A stretch of DNA of 45,251 nucleotides from Rhodospirillales bacterium. Lineage in GTDB: Bacteria > Pseudomonadota > Alphaproteobacteria > Reyranellales > Reyranellaceae. The stretch spans positions 1 through 45,251 of the forward strand of contig JABMNB010000062.1 in the NCBI GenBank assembly GCA_013205335.1. The letters are read 5' to 3'. Shown here one piece after another: positions 9,489 through 18,417 of the stretch (position 1 is its first letter; every line of letters begins with the position of its first letter). The notes below the pieces were generated by a model, which was not told the DNA's origin, made no database searches, and saw only the letters and a list, made by a program, of their open reading frames with translations. A program made the position numbers and the translations under genes.

Positions 9489-10493
9489 ATGAAGGTGGTC
9501 ATCACCGGCGGTGCAGGCTTTCTCGGCAGGAAACTCGCACGGCGCATCCTGCAGCAGGGCGAGATCGCGGGCGCCTCCGGGCAATCCGAGAAAGTGAGCG
9601 AGCTGCTGCTTTTCGATGTCGCGAAGGCGGAGGGGCCGGGCCTCGACGATCCGCGCGTCAGGACGGTGGCCGGCGACATCTCCAATTTCGCGACCGTGCA
9701 GTCGATCGTTCAGGGCGCGGCGACCGTGTTCCATTTCGCCGCCGTGGTCAGCGCCGGCGCCGAGGCCGATTTCGATCTCGGTTACCGGGTCAATCTCGAC
9801 GGCACGCGCAACGTCCTCGAAGCCTGCCGGGCGCTCGGCACCAATCCGCGCGTGGTGTTCACCAGCTCGCTGGCCGCCTTCGGCGGTGACCTGCCCAAGG
9901 CCGTCACTGACGACACGCCGCTGACGCCGCAGACCTCCTACGGCGCGCAGAAGTCGATCGGCGAATTCCTGGTCCGCGATTACACGCGCAAGGGCTTCCT
10001 GCGCGGGACGGCGGTCAGGCTGCCGACGATCTGCGTGCGCACCGGCCTGCCCAACAAGGCAGCTTCGACCTGGGCGAGTTCGGTCCTGCGCGAGCCCTTG
10101 ACCGGCATCGACGTCGTCTGTCCGGTGACACCCGAGACGATCATGGTGGTCCTCAGCCCGCGCAAGACGGTGGACGCGTTCATGCGCCTGCACGATCTGC
10201 CGCCGGACGCCTTTGGCCCTGGCCGCACGCTGCTGCTGAACGGCATCAACGTGACGGCGAAGGAACTCGAGCAGGCGGTCAGCCGCCATGCCGGCAACCG
10301 CAAGGTCGGCAAGGTCGTCTGGCAACACGATCCGGGGATCCAGAAGATCTGCGACGGCTGGCCCCAGGGCATCGACTCGGCGCGTTCGCGTCGCCTCGGC
10401 TTCGAGACCGACCAGGACCTCGACGAGGTCGTGCGGAATTTCATTGCCGACGATATCGACGAGCAGATGAAGATCGCGAAGCCTGCGGCCTGA
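9489..10493 (+). CDS. denD: D-erythronate dehydrogenase-like extended SDR (NAD-dependent epimerase/dehydratase family)
   Basis: Motifs ITGGAGFLG, AAVVS..AEADFDLGYRVN, PQTSYGAQK and NKAAS..S..REPL.G are typical of DenD. Confidence 0.75.
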   Translation: MKVVITGGAGFLGRKLARRILQQGEIAGASGQSEKVSELLLFDVAKAEGPGLDDPRVRTVAGDISNFATVQSIVQGAATVFHFAAVVSAGAEADFDLGYRVNLDGTRNVLEACRALGTNPRVVFTSSLAAFGGDLPKAVTDDTPLTPQTSYGAQKSIGEFLVRDYTRKGFLRGTAVRLPTICVRTGLPNKAASTWASSVLREPLTGIDVVCPVTPETIMVVLSPRKTVDAFMRLHDLPPDAFGPGRTLLLNGINVTAKELEQAVSRHAGNRKVGKVVWQHDPGIQKICDGWPQGIDSARSRRLGFETDQDLDEVVRNFIADDIDEQMKIAKPAA

Positions 10494-10516
10494 GGACCGC
10501 TGGGAACCCCGCGGAT

Positions 10517-11326
10517 CTAGCGACCGCGCAGCATCCGCCAGCCGTTCTGGAGATGCCGCATCGGCCCCCAGACATGGCGCGTCCGCATCATGTGCCAGCG
10601 CTGCGGTTCGTTGTCGGGGCCTGCCACGGCCCCGGCATCCTCGACATAGTCGGTGATTCCGACGGCGTCTGTGTCCCACGGTCCGGTCGTCTTGAAGATC
10701 GTCGTCTTGGCGCCGTAGCCTTGGAGGGCCCGCGACATGCCGGAGGCCATGAAATCCATGTAGCGCGGCAGGCTCTCCGGGCGGCAGAGGTAGCCTTTGT
10801 TGAAGCCGACGGCGAGGAGTCGGAAATGGAACGGGTTCTTCTCGAGATAGCGGATGACCTCGGTCGTATTGGCCGGATAGCGCGGAGAGAAGAAATCGTC
10901 GATCACCACGATACCGCCGGTGTTGACGATCCGGTTGGCGAACTCCAGCTCGCGATAGACCGCCGTGCCGGTATGTTCGCCGTCGATGTGGAACCAGCGC
11001 ACCGACTGGTGCATCGCCTGAAGGTCGAGCTTGGCGGGCAGGTCGGCCGATGGGCCCGAAAGCGGCACGATGTTCGTGGGCTGGCTGCCGACCGACTCGA
11101 TAGACCGGTGGACGGCTGCCTCATCCAGCCGGAGGTCGCAAAGATAGAGCTTCTCGTTGCCTTTCCGATAGGCCGCGAGGACCGAGGCCGACCGGCCCCG
11201 CCAGACGCCGATCTCGAACAGGTCGCCGGAGGTGCCGGCCTGCTGGTCGAGCAGGGCGCGCCAGACGCAATAGGACTGGAACATGAACCAGCCCGGAATT
11301 GCGTCGATTTTCTCCCAACTGAGCAT
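10517..11326 (-). CDS. Class I SAM-dependent methyltransferase (Methyltransf_24-like)
   Basis: Motifs FEIGVWRGRS, FHIDGEHT and GGIVVIDD. Confidence 0.8.
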   Translation of the reverse strand: MLSWEKIDAIPGWFMFQSYCVWRALLDQQAGTSGDLFEIGVWRGRSASVLAAYRKGNEKLYLCDLRLDEAAVHRSIESVGSQPTNIVPLSGPSADLPAKLDLQAMHQSVRWFHIDGEHTGTAVYRELEFANRIVNTGGIVVIDDFFSPRYPANTTEVIRYLEKNPFHFRLLAVGFNKGYLCRPESLPRYMDFMASGMSRALQGYGAKTTIFKTTGPWDTDAVGITDYVEDAGAVAGPDNEPQRWHMMRTRHVWGPMRHLQNGWRMLRGR

Positions 11327-11431
11327 CCACCACCCTCGTTTGACGCGTCTTGCTAACAGCGCCCCATCGACGCTGCAAGCCGTCACCGCTTGCACGTGCG
11401 GCGCGGGTCCTGTAGGCCGGCTCGCTGAAAA

Positions 11432-12781
11432 ATGCCATCAACTGCAGTCGCATACAGGGCCACAGTCGGCCTTCTCTGGACCCTGGTGCTCTGGCACAGC
11501 TGGGAATGCCGGGGGCTTTTTGTCGACGGGTCCGCATTTCTCGTGCAGATCGCCCGTCGCGAGTGGTTCTTCGACTTCTACGATCCGCGCCTGTACGCGA
11601 TGGTCCTCGGGCAGGTCCCGATCATTACCGCTGTCTTTCTCGGCATCACCGACCTCCATCTCCTGGCGCAACTATTGTCGCTGGGGCTCTTCGCCGTTCC
11701 GACCGCGCTCTATCACCTCGCCCTCCTGCGGGTTAAGGACGATCCCGTCCTGCTTGCTGCGCTCCTGGCCGCGATTGGCGTCGTCTTCATGACGACGTCC
11801 TTCTTCATCGTCGGCGAATACAACACCGCCTACGCCATTGGTATCGTCGTGGCCGTCCGGCTGGTGACGGCCAGGGAACTTACGATTGGGGACGGCGCCT
11901 TCCTGGTCGCGGTCGGCCTGCTGGCGGTTCGTGCCTATGAGGTGATGCTCTATCTCGGTCCGTTGCTGGCCGTGATGATTGCCTGGACGGTCTATCGGAT
12001 CCGGTCGCGGCCCCTTGTCGCCACGGTCCTTTACCTGATCGCGATCCTGCCTTTCCTGGGCGGCATGTGGGTGGCGGCGGATTCGCTGATCCATCCCTTT
12101 TCGCAGGATCATCTCAGCCGGACTGCCGCGACGGCGCTCGATGCCTGGCAGAACGTGCAGTTCGACCTCGCGATGTGCGCCGCCCTGGTCATTTTCGGCT
12201 GGGCGGCGATCCGCCCGCAGGATCTCGCCGGCCGCAGACCCTATATGTTCGCCGGCATTTTCCTCTTCCTGCTCGCGCTGTCGCCGCTGCTGGTGCTGAC
12301 CGACTCCCTGGTGCGGCCGCACGCCAAATCGCAATATACGGCACGCAGCATCGCAGGCCTCGTCGTCGCCACCATCGTCATCCTGATGTGGCTCTACACG
12401 TCGTCGCTCGGCGCCCGGTTTGCCGCGCTCGTGGCGTTGCGGCGTCCCGAAGTTTCGCGCCGGATGCTTGCCTTCGGCTGCCTGATGGTGCTCGCGGTGC
12501 TCCCGTCCAATATCTATCTCACACTCGAGTGGCGCAGCTATCTGGAGACCGTGCGATCGGTCGTGCGCAGCCACAACGGCGTGATTGCCTTCGAAGACAC
12601 GCCGCTTGCCCAGCGCCCTCTCGAGACGCTGGTCGAATCGTGGATCTTGCCCAGCCAGAGCCTGGCTCTGCGCGCCAAACGAAGCGACGGCATCATTGCG
12701 CCACCGCGCGAATTCAATGCCTGGCAGCCCTTCCCGCCTGCAGAACCCTATCCTCTCGGCCTCTACATGTGGCGCGACTGA
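11432..12781 (+). CDS. Polytopic membrane protein, possible GT-C fold glycosyltransferase (paralogue 1)
   Basis: About 10 hydrophobic segments, a conserved acidic loop after TM1 (CRGLFVDGSAFL) and a hydrophilic C-terminal tail. Collinear with the next gene. The function is inferred. Confidence 0.6.
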   Translation: MPSTAVAYRATVGLLWTLVLWHSWECRGLFVDGSAFLVQIARREWFFDFYDPRLYAMVLGQVPIITAVFLGITDLHLLAQLLSLGLFAVPTALYHLALLRVKDDPVLLAALLAAIGVVFMTTSFFIVGEYNTAYAIGIVVAVRLVTARELTIGDGAFLVAVGLLAVRAYEVMLYLGPLLAVMIAWTVYRIRSRPLVATVLYLIAILPFLGGMWVAADSLIHPFSQDHLSRTAATALDAWQNVQFDLAMCAALVIFGWAAIRPQDLAGRRPYMFAGIFLFLLALSPLLVLTDSLVRPHAKSQYTARSIAGLVVATIVILMWLYTSSLGARFAALVALRRPEVSRRMLAFGCLMVLAVLPSNIYLTLEWRSYLETVRSVVRSHNGVIAFEDTPLAQRPLETLVESWILPSQSLALRAKRSDGIIAPPREFNAWQPFPPAEPYPLGLYMWRD

Positions 12782-12792
12782 ACGTGCCGGGC

Positions 12793-14139
12793 ATGTCACC
12801 GGTTGCCGTCGTCCGGGGCGTCGTCGTCGTCCTCTGGGCCCTGACGTTGCACAACACGTTGGCTTGCCGCGGCCTGTTCTGGGATGGCTCCGCGTTCCTG
12901 GTGAACCTGCTCGACCACCGTGATTTCCACGATTTCTACGCGGCCCGTGCCCATGTCGATTGGGTGACTCAGGCGCCGGTGCTGCTTCTGGCCGAATGGG
13001 GCGTGCGCGACACGAGGATGCTCGCCATGGCCTATTCGGCGGCCCTGTTCGCCTTGCCTACCGCTTTCTATCATTTCGCCCTTTTGCGCGTGCGACGCGA
13101 TCCCGTCTTGCTGGCCGGTGTGCTCGCGATCGTCGTGGCCGTCTATCTGCCGACCTCTTTCTTCATCGTCGGCGAATACAACGTGGCCTTTGCCTGCATC
13201 ACGGCCGCGATGGCGATCGCGCTCACGAGCGATGGCGCCAGCCGCAGGGATGGCGCGCTGCTGCTGGTCTTTGGCCTGCTCTCCCTGCGGTCCTACGAAG
13301 CCATGATCTATCTCGGACCGCTCGTGGCGGCCGCGATCCTGTGGTCGACGCGCCGGAGCGGCACCGACGTGCCGACGAAAATCCTCCACAGGCTGGCGGC
13401 GCTTGCCTTCATCGGCGCAGCGCTCGTATCGGCCATCACCATCATCGACTATTGGGATCATCCGCACTTCATGAAGGTGCGGTCCACCAGCGTCGATTTC
13501 TGGCGGAACATGCAGTTCTCCATTCCACTCGCGGGTTTCCTGATCTGCGCCGCCGCGGGCGTGCGGCGCCCGGCCTGGCTGCAGGGCAGGGGACCGCTGG
13601 TGGTAATGGGCGTCATTGCGGTGCTGCTCGCTTTGTCACCGTGGTGGCGTCTCGTGCACGGGCCGTCGATCCTGTATCCACCCTCCCACTATGTCGCCCG
13701 CCAGGCTGCCGGCATGCTGATGGCGGCCGTTCTCGTCGCCATGTGGGTGCAGGTGGCGCGCCGCGATCCGCCACGGGTCTTTGCCGTCGTGCGCCAGCCG
13801 GAAGTCGCGCGCCGCATGGTGATGCTGTTGGGGGTGCTTACCGTCGCAGCGGCAGTTCCCGACATCGTGCTGACGCGCCTGTGGAGCGGTTATGTCGAAC
13901 GCCTGCGCATCGTCGTGGACGGCAGCGACGGCATGGTGCGGGCCGAGACCCTGCCGCTGCATGACTGGCCGAACAAGCTGTTCTTCCAGGACTGGTCCTA
14001 TCCGGCGTTGAGCGCGGTCGTCAGCCGCTCGCCCGGCCGGTCCTATGTCGTGTCCGACCAGGATTATCTCAGCAATCCGCCCTTCGAGCCGGCCTGCGGC
14101 CTGCTGCCGAAGCTCGCGGGCTACGGTTGGCGCCGCTAG
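12793..14139 (+). CDS. Polytopic membrane protein, possible GT-C fold glycosyltransferase (paralogue 2)
   Basis: Start set at ATG 12793 by alignment with paralogue 1. Shares CRGLFxDGSAFL, TSFFIVGEYN, RxYExMxYLGPL and PEVxRRM. Confidence 0.6.
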   Translation: MSPVAVVRGVVVVLWALTLHNTLACRGLFWDGSAFLVNLLDHRDFHDFYAARAHVDWVTQAPVLLLAEWGVRDTRMLAMAYSAALFALPTAFYHFALLRVRRDPVLLAGVLAIVVAVYLPTSFFIVGEYNVAFACITAAMAIALTSDGASRRDGALLLVFGLLSLRSYEAMIYLGPLVAAAILWSTRRSGTDVPTKILHRLAALAFIGAALVSAITIIDYWDHPHFMKVRSTSVDFWRNMQFSIPLAGFLICAAAGVRRPAWLQGRGPLVVMGVIAVLLALSPWWRLVHGPSILYPPSHYVARQAAGMLMAAVLVAMWVQVARRDPPRVFAVVRQPEVARRMVMLLGVLTVAAAVPDIVLTRLWSGYVERLRIVVDGSDGMVRAETLPLHDWPNKLFFQDWSYPALSAVVSRSPGRSYVVSDQDYLSNPPFEPACGLLPKLAGYGWRR

Positions 14140-15686
14140 GGACGCATCCACATGGTGGCGGGGCCGCTGCCGCGTACCGGCGCTGCAAGTTCGACGAATT
14201 CACAGAGGATCTTGCGCGTGTCCCGCGGATCGATGATCTCCTCGATCCAGAAGGTCTCGGCGCTGCGGAACGGCGAGCGCAGCTTGTTCAGCCGATCGCC
14301 GATCTCCTCTATCTTGGCCTTGGGATCGTCGGCGGCGTCGATATCGGCGCGGTAGGCGGCCTCGATGCCGCCCTCCAGCGGCAGCGATCCCCAGCGACCC
14401 GATGGCCAGGCATAGCGCCAGTTCACCCTGGAGCCGTTCTGATGGGCCGCACCCGCCACGCCGAAGGCATTGCGGATGATGAAGGTGCACCACGGCACGG
14501 TCGTCTGGAACATCGACGACATGGCGCGCACGCCCTGGCGGATCACTCCGCTCTTCTCGGCCTCGAGGCCGATCAGGAAGCCCGGGCAGTCGCAGAAATA
14601 GACGACCGGCAGGTGGAAGGTTTCCGCGAGGTCGAGGAAGCGCGTCACCTTCTGGCAGGCGTCGGCCGTCCAGCCGCCGCCATAGAACATCGGATCGCTG
14701 GCCATCACTGCCACCGGCCACCCGTCGACGCGAGCGAAGCCGGTCACGACGGAGCGGCCGTAGAGCCGGCCCATCTCGAAGAAGCTGCCCTGGTCGACGA
14801 CCTTCTCGACGATGGGGCGGATGCGATAGACCTTGCGGATGTCGCGGGGGATGGCGTCGAACAGCGACTCCTCGCGGCGCGCGGTATCGTCGGTCACGGG
14901 CCCGCGCGGCGGCGCGTCGTATACCGAGGAAGGCAGATAGGAGAGGAAGCGGCGCGCTGCGGCAAAGGCCTCGTCCTCGTTGTCGACCGCTTCGTCGATG
15001 GCGCCGGCGCGCAGCTGGATCTCCCACCCGCCGAGTTCCTGCTTGTCGTACTGCTTGGCGCCTAGTCGGTTCACCACCGGCGGGCCGGCAACGAACATCG
15101 CGGAGACTTCCTTGACCATCACCGAGTAATGCGTGGCCGCGAGTCGGGCGGCGCCGAGACCCGCGACGGAGCCGAGGCCGAGGCCTACGGTCGGCACGGC
15201 GCCCATGTTGCGCACCGCCCATTCCCAGCCGCTCACTCCGGGCACGTTGGCGCGGCCGGTCGTCTCGATGGTCTTCACCGACCCACCGCCCCCCGAGCCC
15301 TCGATCAGGCGCACGACCGGGACGCGATACTGGTTGGCGTAGCGTTCGATGAAGTTGGACTTCTCCTTGATCGTGGCGTCCGCCGAGCCGCCGCGCACCG
15401 TGAAGTCGTCGCCGGTGACGGCCACGTGGCGGCCGTCGATCTTGCCGCGCCCCATCACCACGTTGGCGGGGGTCAGGTCGACCAGATCGTTGCGGCCGTC
15501 ATATTCGGCCTTGCCGGCGACACTGCCGAGTTCGCGGAACGAATCCTTGTCGAGCAGCCGTTCGATACGTTCGCGCACCGTGAGCCGGCCACCATCGTGC
15601 TGGCGCTTCACCTTGTCGGCGCCGCCCATGCGCTTCGTCATTTCCTGACGGCGGCGCAACTCGTCCATTTCCGGTTGCCAGCTCAT
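14136..15686 (-). CDS. Acyl-CoA carboxylase carboxyltransferase (beta) subunit
   Basis: Motifs GRLTVRERI..LLD..SF.E.G, DFTVRGGS, MFVAGPPVV, DCPGFLIG and EIIDPRDTR. Confidence 0.88.
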   Translation of the reverse strand: MSWQPEMDELRRRQEMTKRMGGADKVKRQHDGGRLTVRERIERLLDKDSFRELGSVAGKAEYDGRNDLVDLTPANVVMGRGKIDGRHVAVTGDDFTVRGGSADATIKEKSNFIERYANQYRVPVVRLIEGSGGGGSVKTIETTGRANVPGVSGWEWAVRNMGAVPTVGLGLGSVAGLGAARLAATHYSVMVKEVSAMFVAGPPVVNRLGAKQYDKQELGGWEIQLRAGAIDEAVDNEDEAFAAARRFLSYLPSSVYDAPPRGPVTDDTARREESLFDAIPRDIRKVYRIRPIVEKVVDQGSFFEMGRLYGRSVVTGFARVDGWPVAVMASDPMFYGGGWTADACQKVTRFLDLAETFHLPVVYFCDCPGFLIGLEAEKSGVIRQGVRAMSSMFQTTVPWCTFIIRNAFGVAGAAHQNGSRVNWRYAWPSGRWGSLPLEGGIEAAYRADIDAADDPKAKIEEIGDRLNKLRSPFRSAETFWIEEIIDPRDTRKILCEFVELAAPVRGSGPATMWMRP

Positions 15687-15707
15687 GACGGCGCTTCCTC
15701 GTGTTTC

Positions 15708-16754
15708 TTATTCGTAGACGATACCGTCAATCAGGTTCTCTTCGTAGAGTCGGACCAGGTCGATACCGCCTGGCGGGCGCGCCACGACGAAACCTGCGAT
15801 GGCGCGTTGCAACCGGGCTTCCTGGTCGGGACGCAGAGCCTCGGCTTCCGCGACGGTGACCGGCGTGAAGCGGACCGTCTGCCCGGGTAGCAGGCGGCCG
15901 AGGCGCGGCAGGTCGACGGAGGCGACGGTGGCGATCTTGGGATAGCCGCCGACCGTCTGCCGGTCGGCCATCAGCACGATCGGCAGGCCGGCGCCGGGCA
16001 CCTGGATGGCACCGGGCGCGATGCCGTCGGAGATGATGTCGGCGCCGCCTTTGTCGACGCTCCGCGCATGGGCGATCGTTGGCCCCTCGAAGCGGATGCC
16101 CATGCGGTCGGCTTCCTTGGAAACGCGATATTCGGCCTCGACGAAGGTCTGGCGGCCTTCCTTGCTGAAATACTCCTCCTGCGGCCCCCAGATCACGCGC
16201 AGCGGCCCGCTGCCATAGTCGAAGGGCTGCGCGAGCCTTCGCTCGTTGCCCGCGGGGACGCTTGCCTTCGCCAGCGGCAGCAGGTCGCCGGCTGCGAGCT
16301 TGCGGCCCTCGAAGCCGCCGATGCCGGCCCTCGAATATGTCGAGAGGCTGCCCATGAAGGGGGGCAGGGCGAAGCCGCCGGAGACCGCCAGGTAGGCCGT
16401 GCTCGCTCCCTCGATCATGCCGACGCGCAGGGTCTGCCCGCGCTTCAGCAAATGACTGCGATCGGAGTCCAGCGGTTTGGGGGCCGCGTCGGGTCCTTCG
16501 ATCACCGCAGGCGAGAGCGGCCCGACCAAGGCCACGCGTACGCTGTCGGCCTCGACCAGGAGGTCGGGGCCCATGACGCCGATCTCGAGACCTGCGGTGT
16601 GCGGGGGATTGCCGGCGAGGGCGTTGGCGAGGCTGAGGCCGATGCGATCCATGGCGCCGGCCGTCGGCATGCCGAGCGCCATGAAGCCGGTGCGGCCGAG
16701 ATCCTGCAGCGTGTCGAACAGACCCGCGCGTACGACCCTGAGGCCCGCGCTCAT
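15708..16754 (-). CDS. pxpC: 5-oxoprolinase subunit C (biotin-dependent carboxyltransferase family, AHS2)
   Basis: Motifs TLQDLGR, GAMD, ADRMGIR, GAIQVP and ADRQTVGGYPKIA. ATGA overlap with pxpB. Confidence 0.85.
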   Translation of the reverse strand: MSAGLRVVRAGLFDTLQDLGRTGFMALGMPTAGAMDRIGLSLANALAGNPPHTAGLEIGVMGPDLLVEADSVRVALVGPLSPAVIEGPDAAPKPLDSDRSHLLKRGQTLRVGMIEGASTAYLAVSGGFALPPFMGSLSTYSRAGIGGFEGRKLAAGDLLPLAKASVPAGNERRLAQPFDYGSGPLRVIWGPQEEYFSKEGRQTFVEAEYRVSKEADRMGIRFEGPTIAHARSVDKGGADIISDGIAPGAIQVPGAGLPIVLMADRQTVGGYPKIATVASVDLPRLGRLLPGQTVRFTPVTVAEAEALRPDQEARLQRAIAGFVVARPPGGIDLVRLYEENLIDGIVYE

Positions 16755-17488
16755 GTCCGCTTCACCAGGCTCGACCAGTCGAACGTGCCGGCCTCGACCT
16801 CGCGCGCAATACGGTCGAAGCTCTTGCGATCGATCTGCCGGAAGGCGAGCGAGTCGCCCGGCGACAGGAAGACCGGCTCCTCGCGGCGCTGGTCGAACAT
16901 CCAGAGCGGCGTTCGGCCAATCAGGTGCCATCCGCCCGGGCTCTCGAACGGATAGATCGTGGTCATGTCCATGGCAATGGCGACCGACGACCGGGGCACG
17001 CGGACCCGCGGCTGGCTGCGGCGAGGCAGGAAGAGGGACTGCTCCAGACCCGCGACGTAGGCGAGGCCCGGCATGAAACCCAGCACATAGACCTTGAAGG
17101 GCGAGGCGAGGTGGGCGGCGATCACCTGTTCGGGCTTCTTCCGGGTGCGCTCGGCGACTTCGGCGAGGTCGGGCGCGAATTCCGGGTCATCGTAGCAGCA
17201 CGGGATGGTGACGCGGCGGGTTTTGAGGTCGACCGGCAGGCCGCGGGCGATCAGCACATCGACCTGGGGCTGGAGATCCGCCCGGGAGGTCGCCAGCGGA
17301 TCGTAGGTCACCATCAGGGACCGCATGGTGGGCACGGTCTCGATGACGCCGAAAATCTCGCCGGCCTCGCGGGCCAGGCCGATCGCGGCATGAAGGGCCA
17401 TGACCCGGCCGTTGATCTCGGGGGAAATCTCGTTGCCGAATTCGACGGTGAAGGCGGTGTCGCCGCAGGAGAGGTACCGAACGCTCAC
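16751..17488 (-). CDS. pxpB: 5-oxoprolinase subunit B (KipI/AHS1)
   Basis: Motifs GDTAFTVEF, VPTMRSL, LGFMPGLAY and YPFESPGGWHLIGRTP. GTG start. Confidence 0.88.
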   Translation of the reverse strand: MSVRYLSCGDTAFTVEFGNEISPEINGRVMALHAAIGLAREAGEIFGVIETVPTMRSLMVTYDPLATSRADLQPQVDVLIARGLPVDLKTRRVTIPCCYDDPEFAPDLAEVAERTRKKPEQVIAAHLASPFKVYVLGFMPGLAYVAGLEQSLFLPRRSQPRVRVPRSSVAIAMDMTTIYPFESPGGWHLIGRTPLWMFDQRREEPVFLSPGDSLAFRQIDRKSFDRIAREVEAGTFDWSSLVKRT

Positions 17489-17526
17489 ATCTGCTAGGAT
17501 AGCGCTTCAGATTGAGGGAGTCTCCC

Positions 17527-18324
17527 ATGACCGCCGCGACCAATGCCGGACACGTCAATATCAATTCCGACCTGGGCGAAAGCTTCGGTCCGTGGGTGAT
17601 GGGCAACGACACCGAGGTCCTGAAGATCGTGGCCTCGGCCAATGTCGCCTGCGGCTTCCACGCCAGCGATCCGGTCGTGATGATGGATACGGTGAAGCTC
17701 TGCGCCCAGAACGGCGTCTCGATCGGCGCCCATCCGGGTTTCGCCGACCTTCAGGGCTTCGGCCGCCGCGTCATCAACCTCACGATCAAGGAACTCGAGG
17801 CCAACATCGCCTACCAGATTGGCGCCCTGCAGGCGATCGCCGCCCTCCACGGTGCCAAGGTTACCCACATGAAGCCGCACGGCATGATGGCCAACATGTC
17901 GGCCGAGAGCGTGGAAATGTCCGAGGCCATTGCGCGCGCGACCAAGGCGGTCGACCGTGACCTGATCTTCCTCGCCCAGGCCAACACCGAGCAGGGCAAG
18001 GCCGCCCGCAAGTTCGGTCTGCGGGTCGCCGAGGAGGTTTTCGCCGACCGGACCTACACCGATGCCGGTTTCCTGACGCCGCGCAAGGAAGCCAATTCGA
18101 TGATCAAGGACCCGGCCAAGGCGGTCGAGCATGTCCGCCGCATGGTCGACGGGCAGGCGATCTATTCCACTTCGGGCAAGCGCATCCCCTGTCAGGTCGA
18201 TTCCATCTGCGTCCACGGTGACGGCCCGACGGCCGTGACCGTCGCCAAGGCGGTCCGCGAAGGGCTGGAAGCGGCAGGGATCCGCATCGTTCCCCTGCCG
18301 GAGATGCCCAGTCTCCGTCGCTGA
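17527..18324 (+). CDS. pxpA: 5-oxoprolinase subunit A (LamB/YcsF)
   Basis: Motifs NSDLGESFG, ANVACGFHA, GAHPGF.D..GFGRR, KPHG, EVFADR.Y and SICVHGD. SD GAGGGAG. Confidence 0.9.
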   Translation: MTAATNAGHVNINSDLGESFGPWVMGNDTEVLKIVASANVACGFHASDPVVMMDTVKLCAQNGVSIGAHPGFADLQGFGRRVINLTIKELEANIAYQIGALQAIAALHGAKVTHMKPHGMMANMSAESVEMSEAIARATKAVDRDLIFLAQANTEQGKAARKFGLRVAEEVFADRTYTDAGFLTPRKEANSMIKDPAKAVEHVRRMVDGQAIYSTSGKRIPCQVDSICVHGDGPTAVTVAKAVREGLEAAGIRIVPLPEMPSLRR

Positions 18325-18350
18325 GCGCCGGGGCGATCCGTCGCGCTGGC

Positions 18351-18378
18351 TTGTGGGCCGCTGCGTCGCCGCTATAGT
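18351..18378 (+). promoter_or_regulatory. Probable sigma70-type promoter for the molybdoenzyme gene
   Basis: TTGTGG-N16-TATAGT, ending 39 nt before ATG 18418. Confidence 0.45.
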
Positions 18379-18417
18379 CCGCCCGACCCGGGATGGGTTT
18401 CGCGGCGGGAGTGGCGT

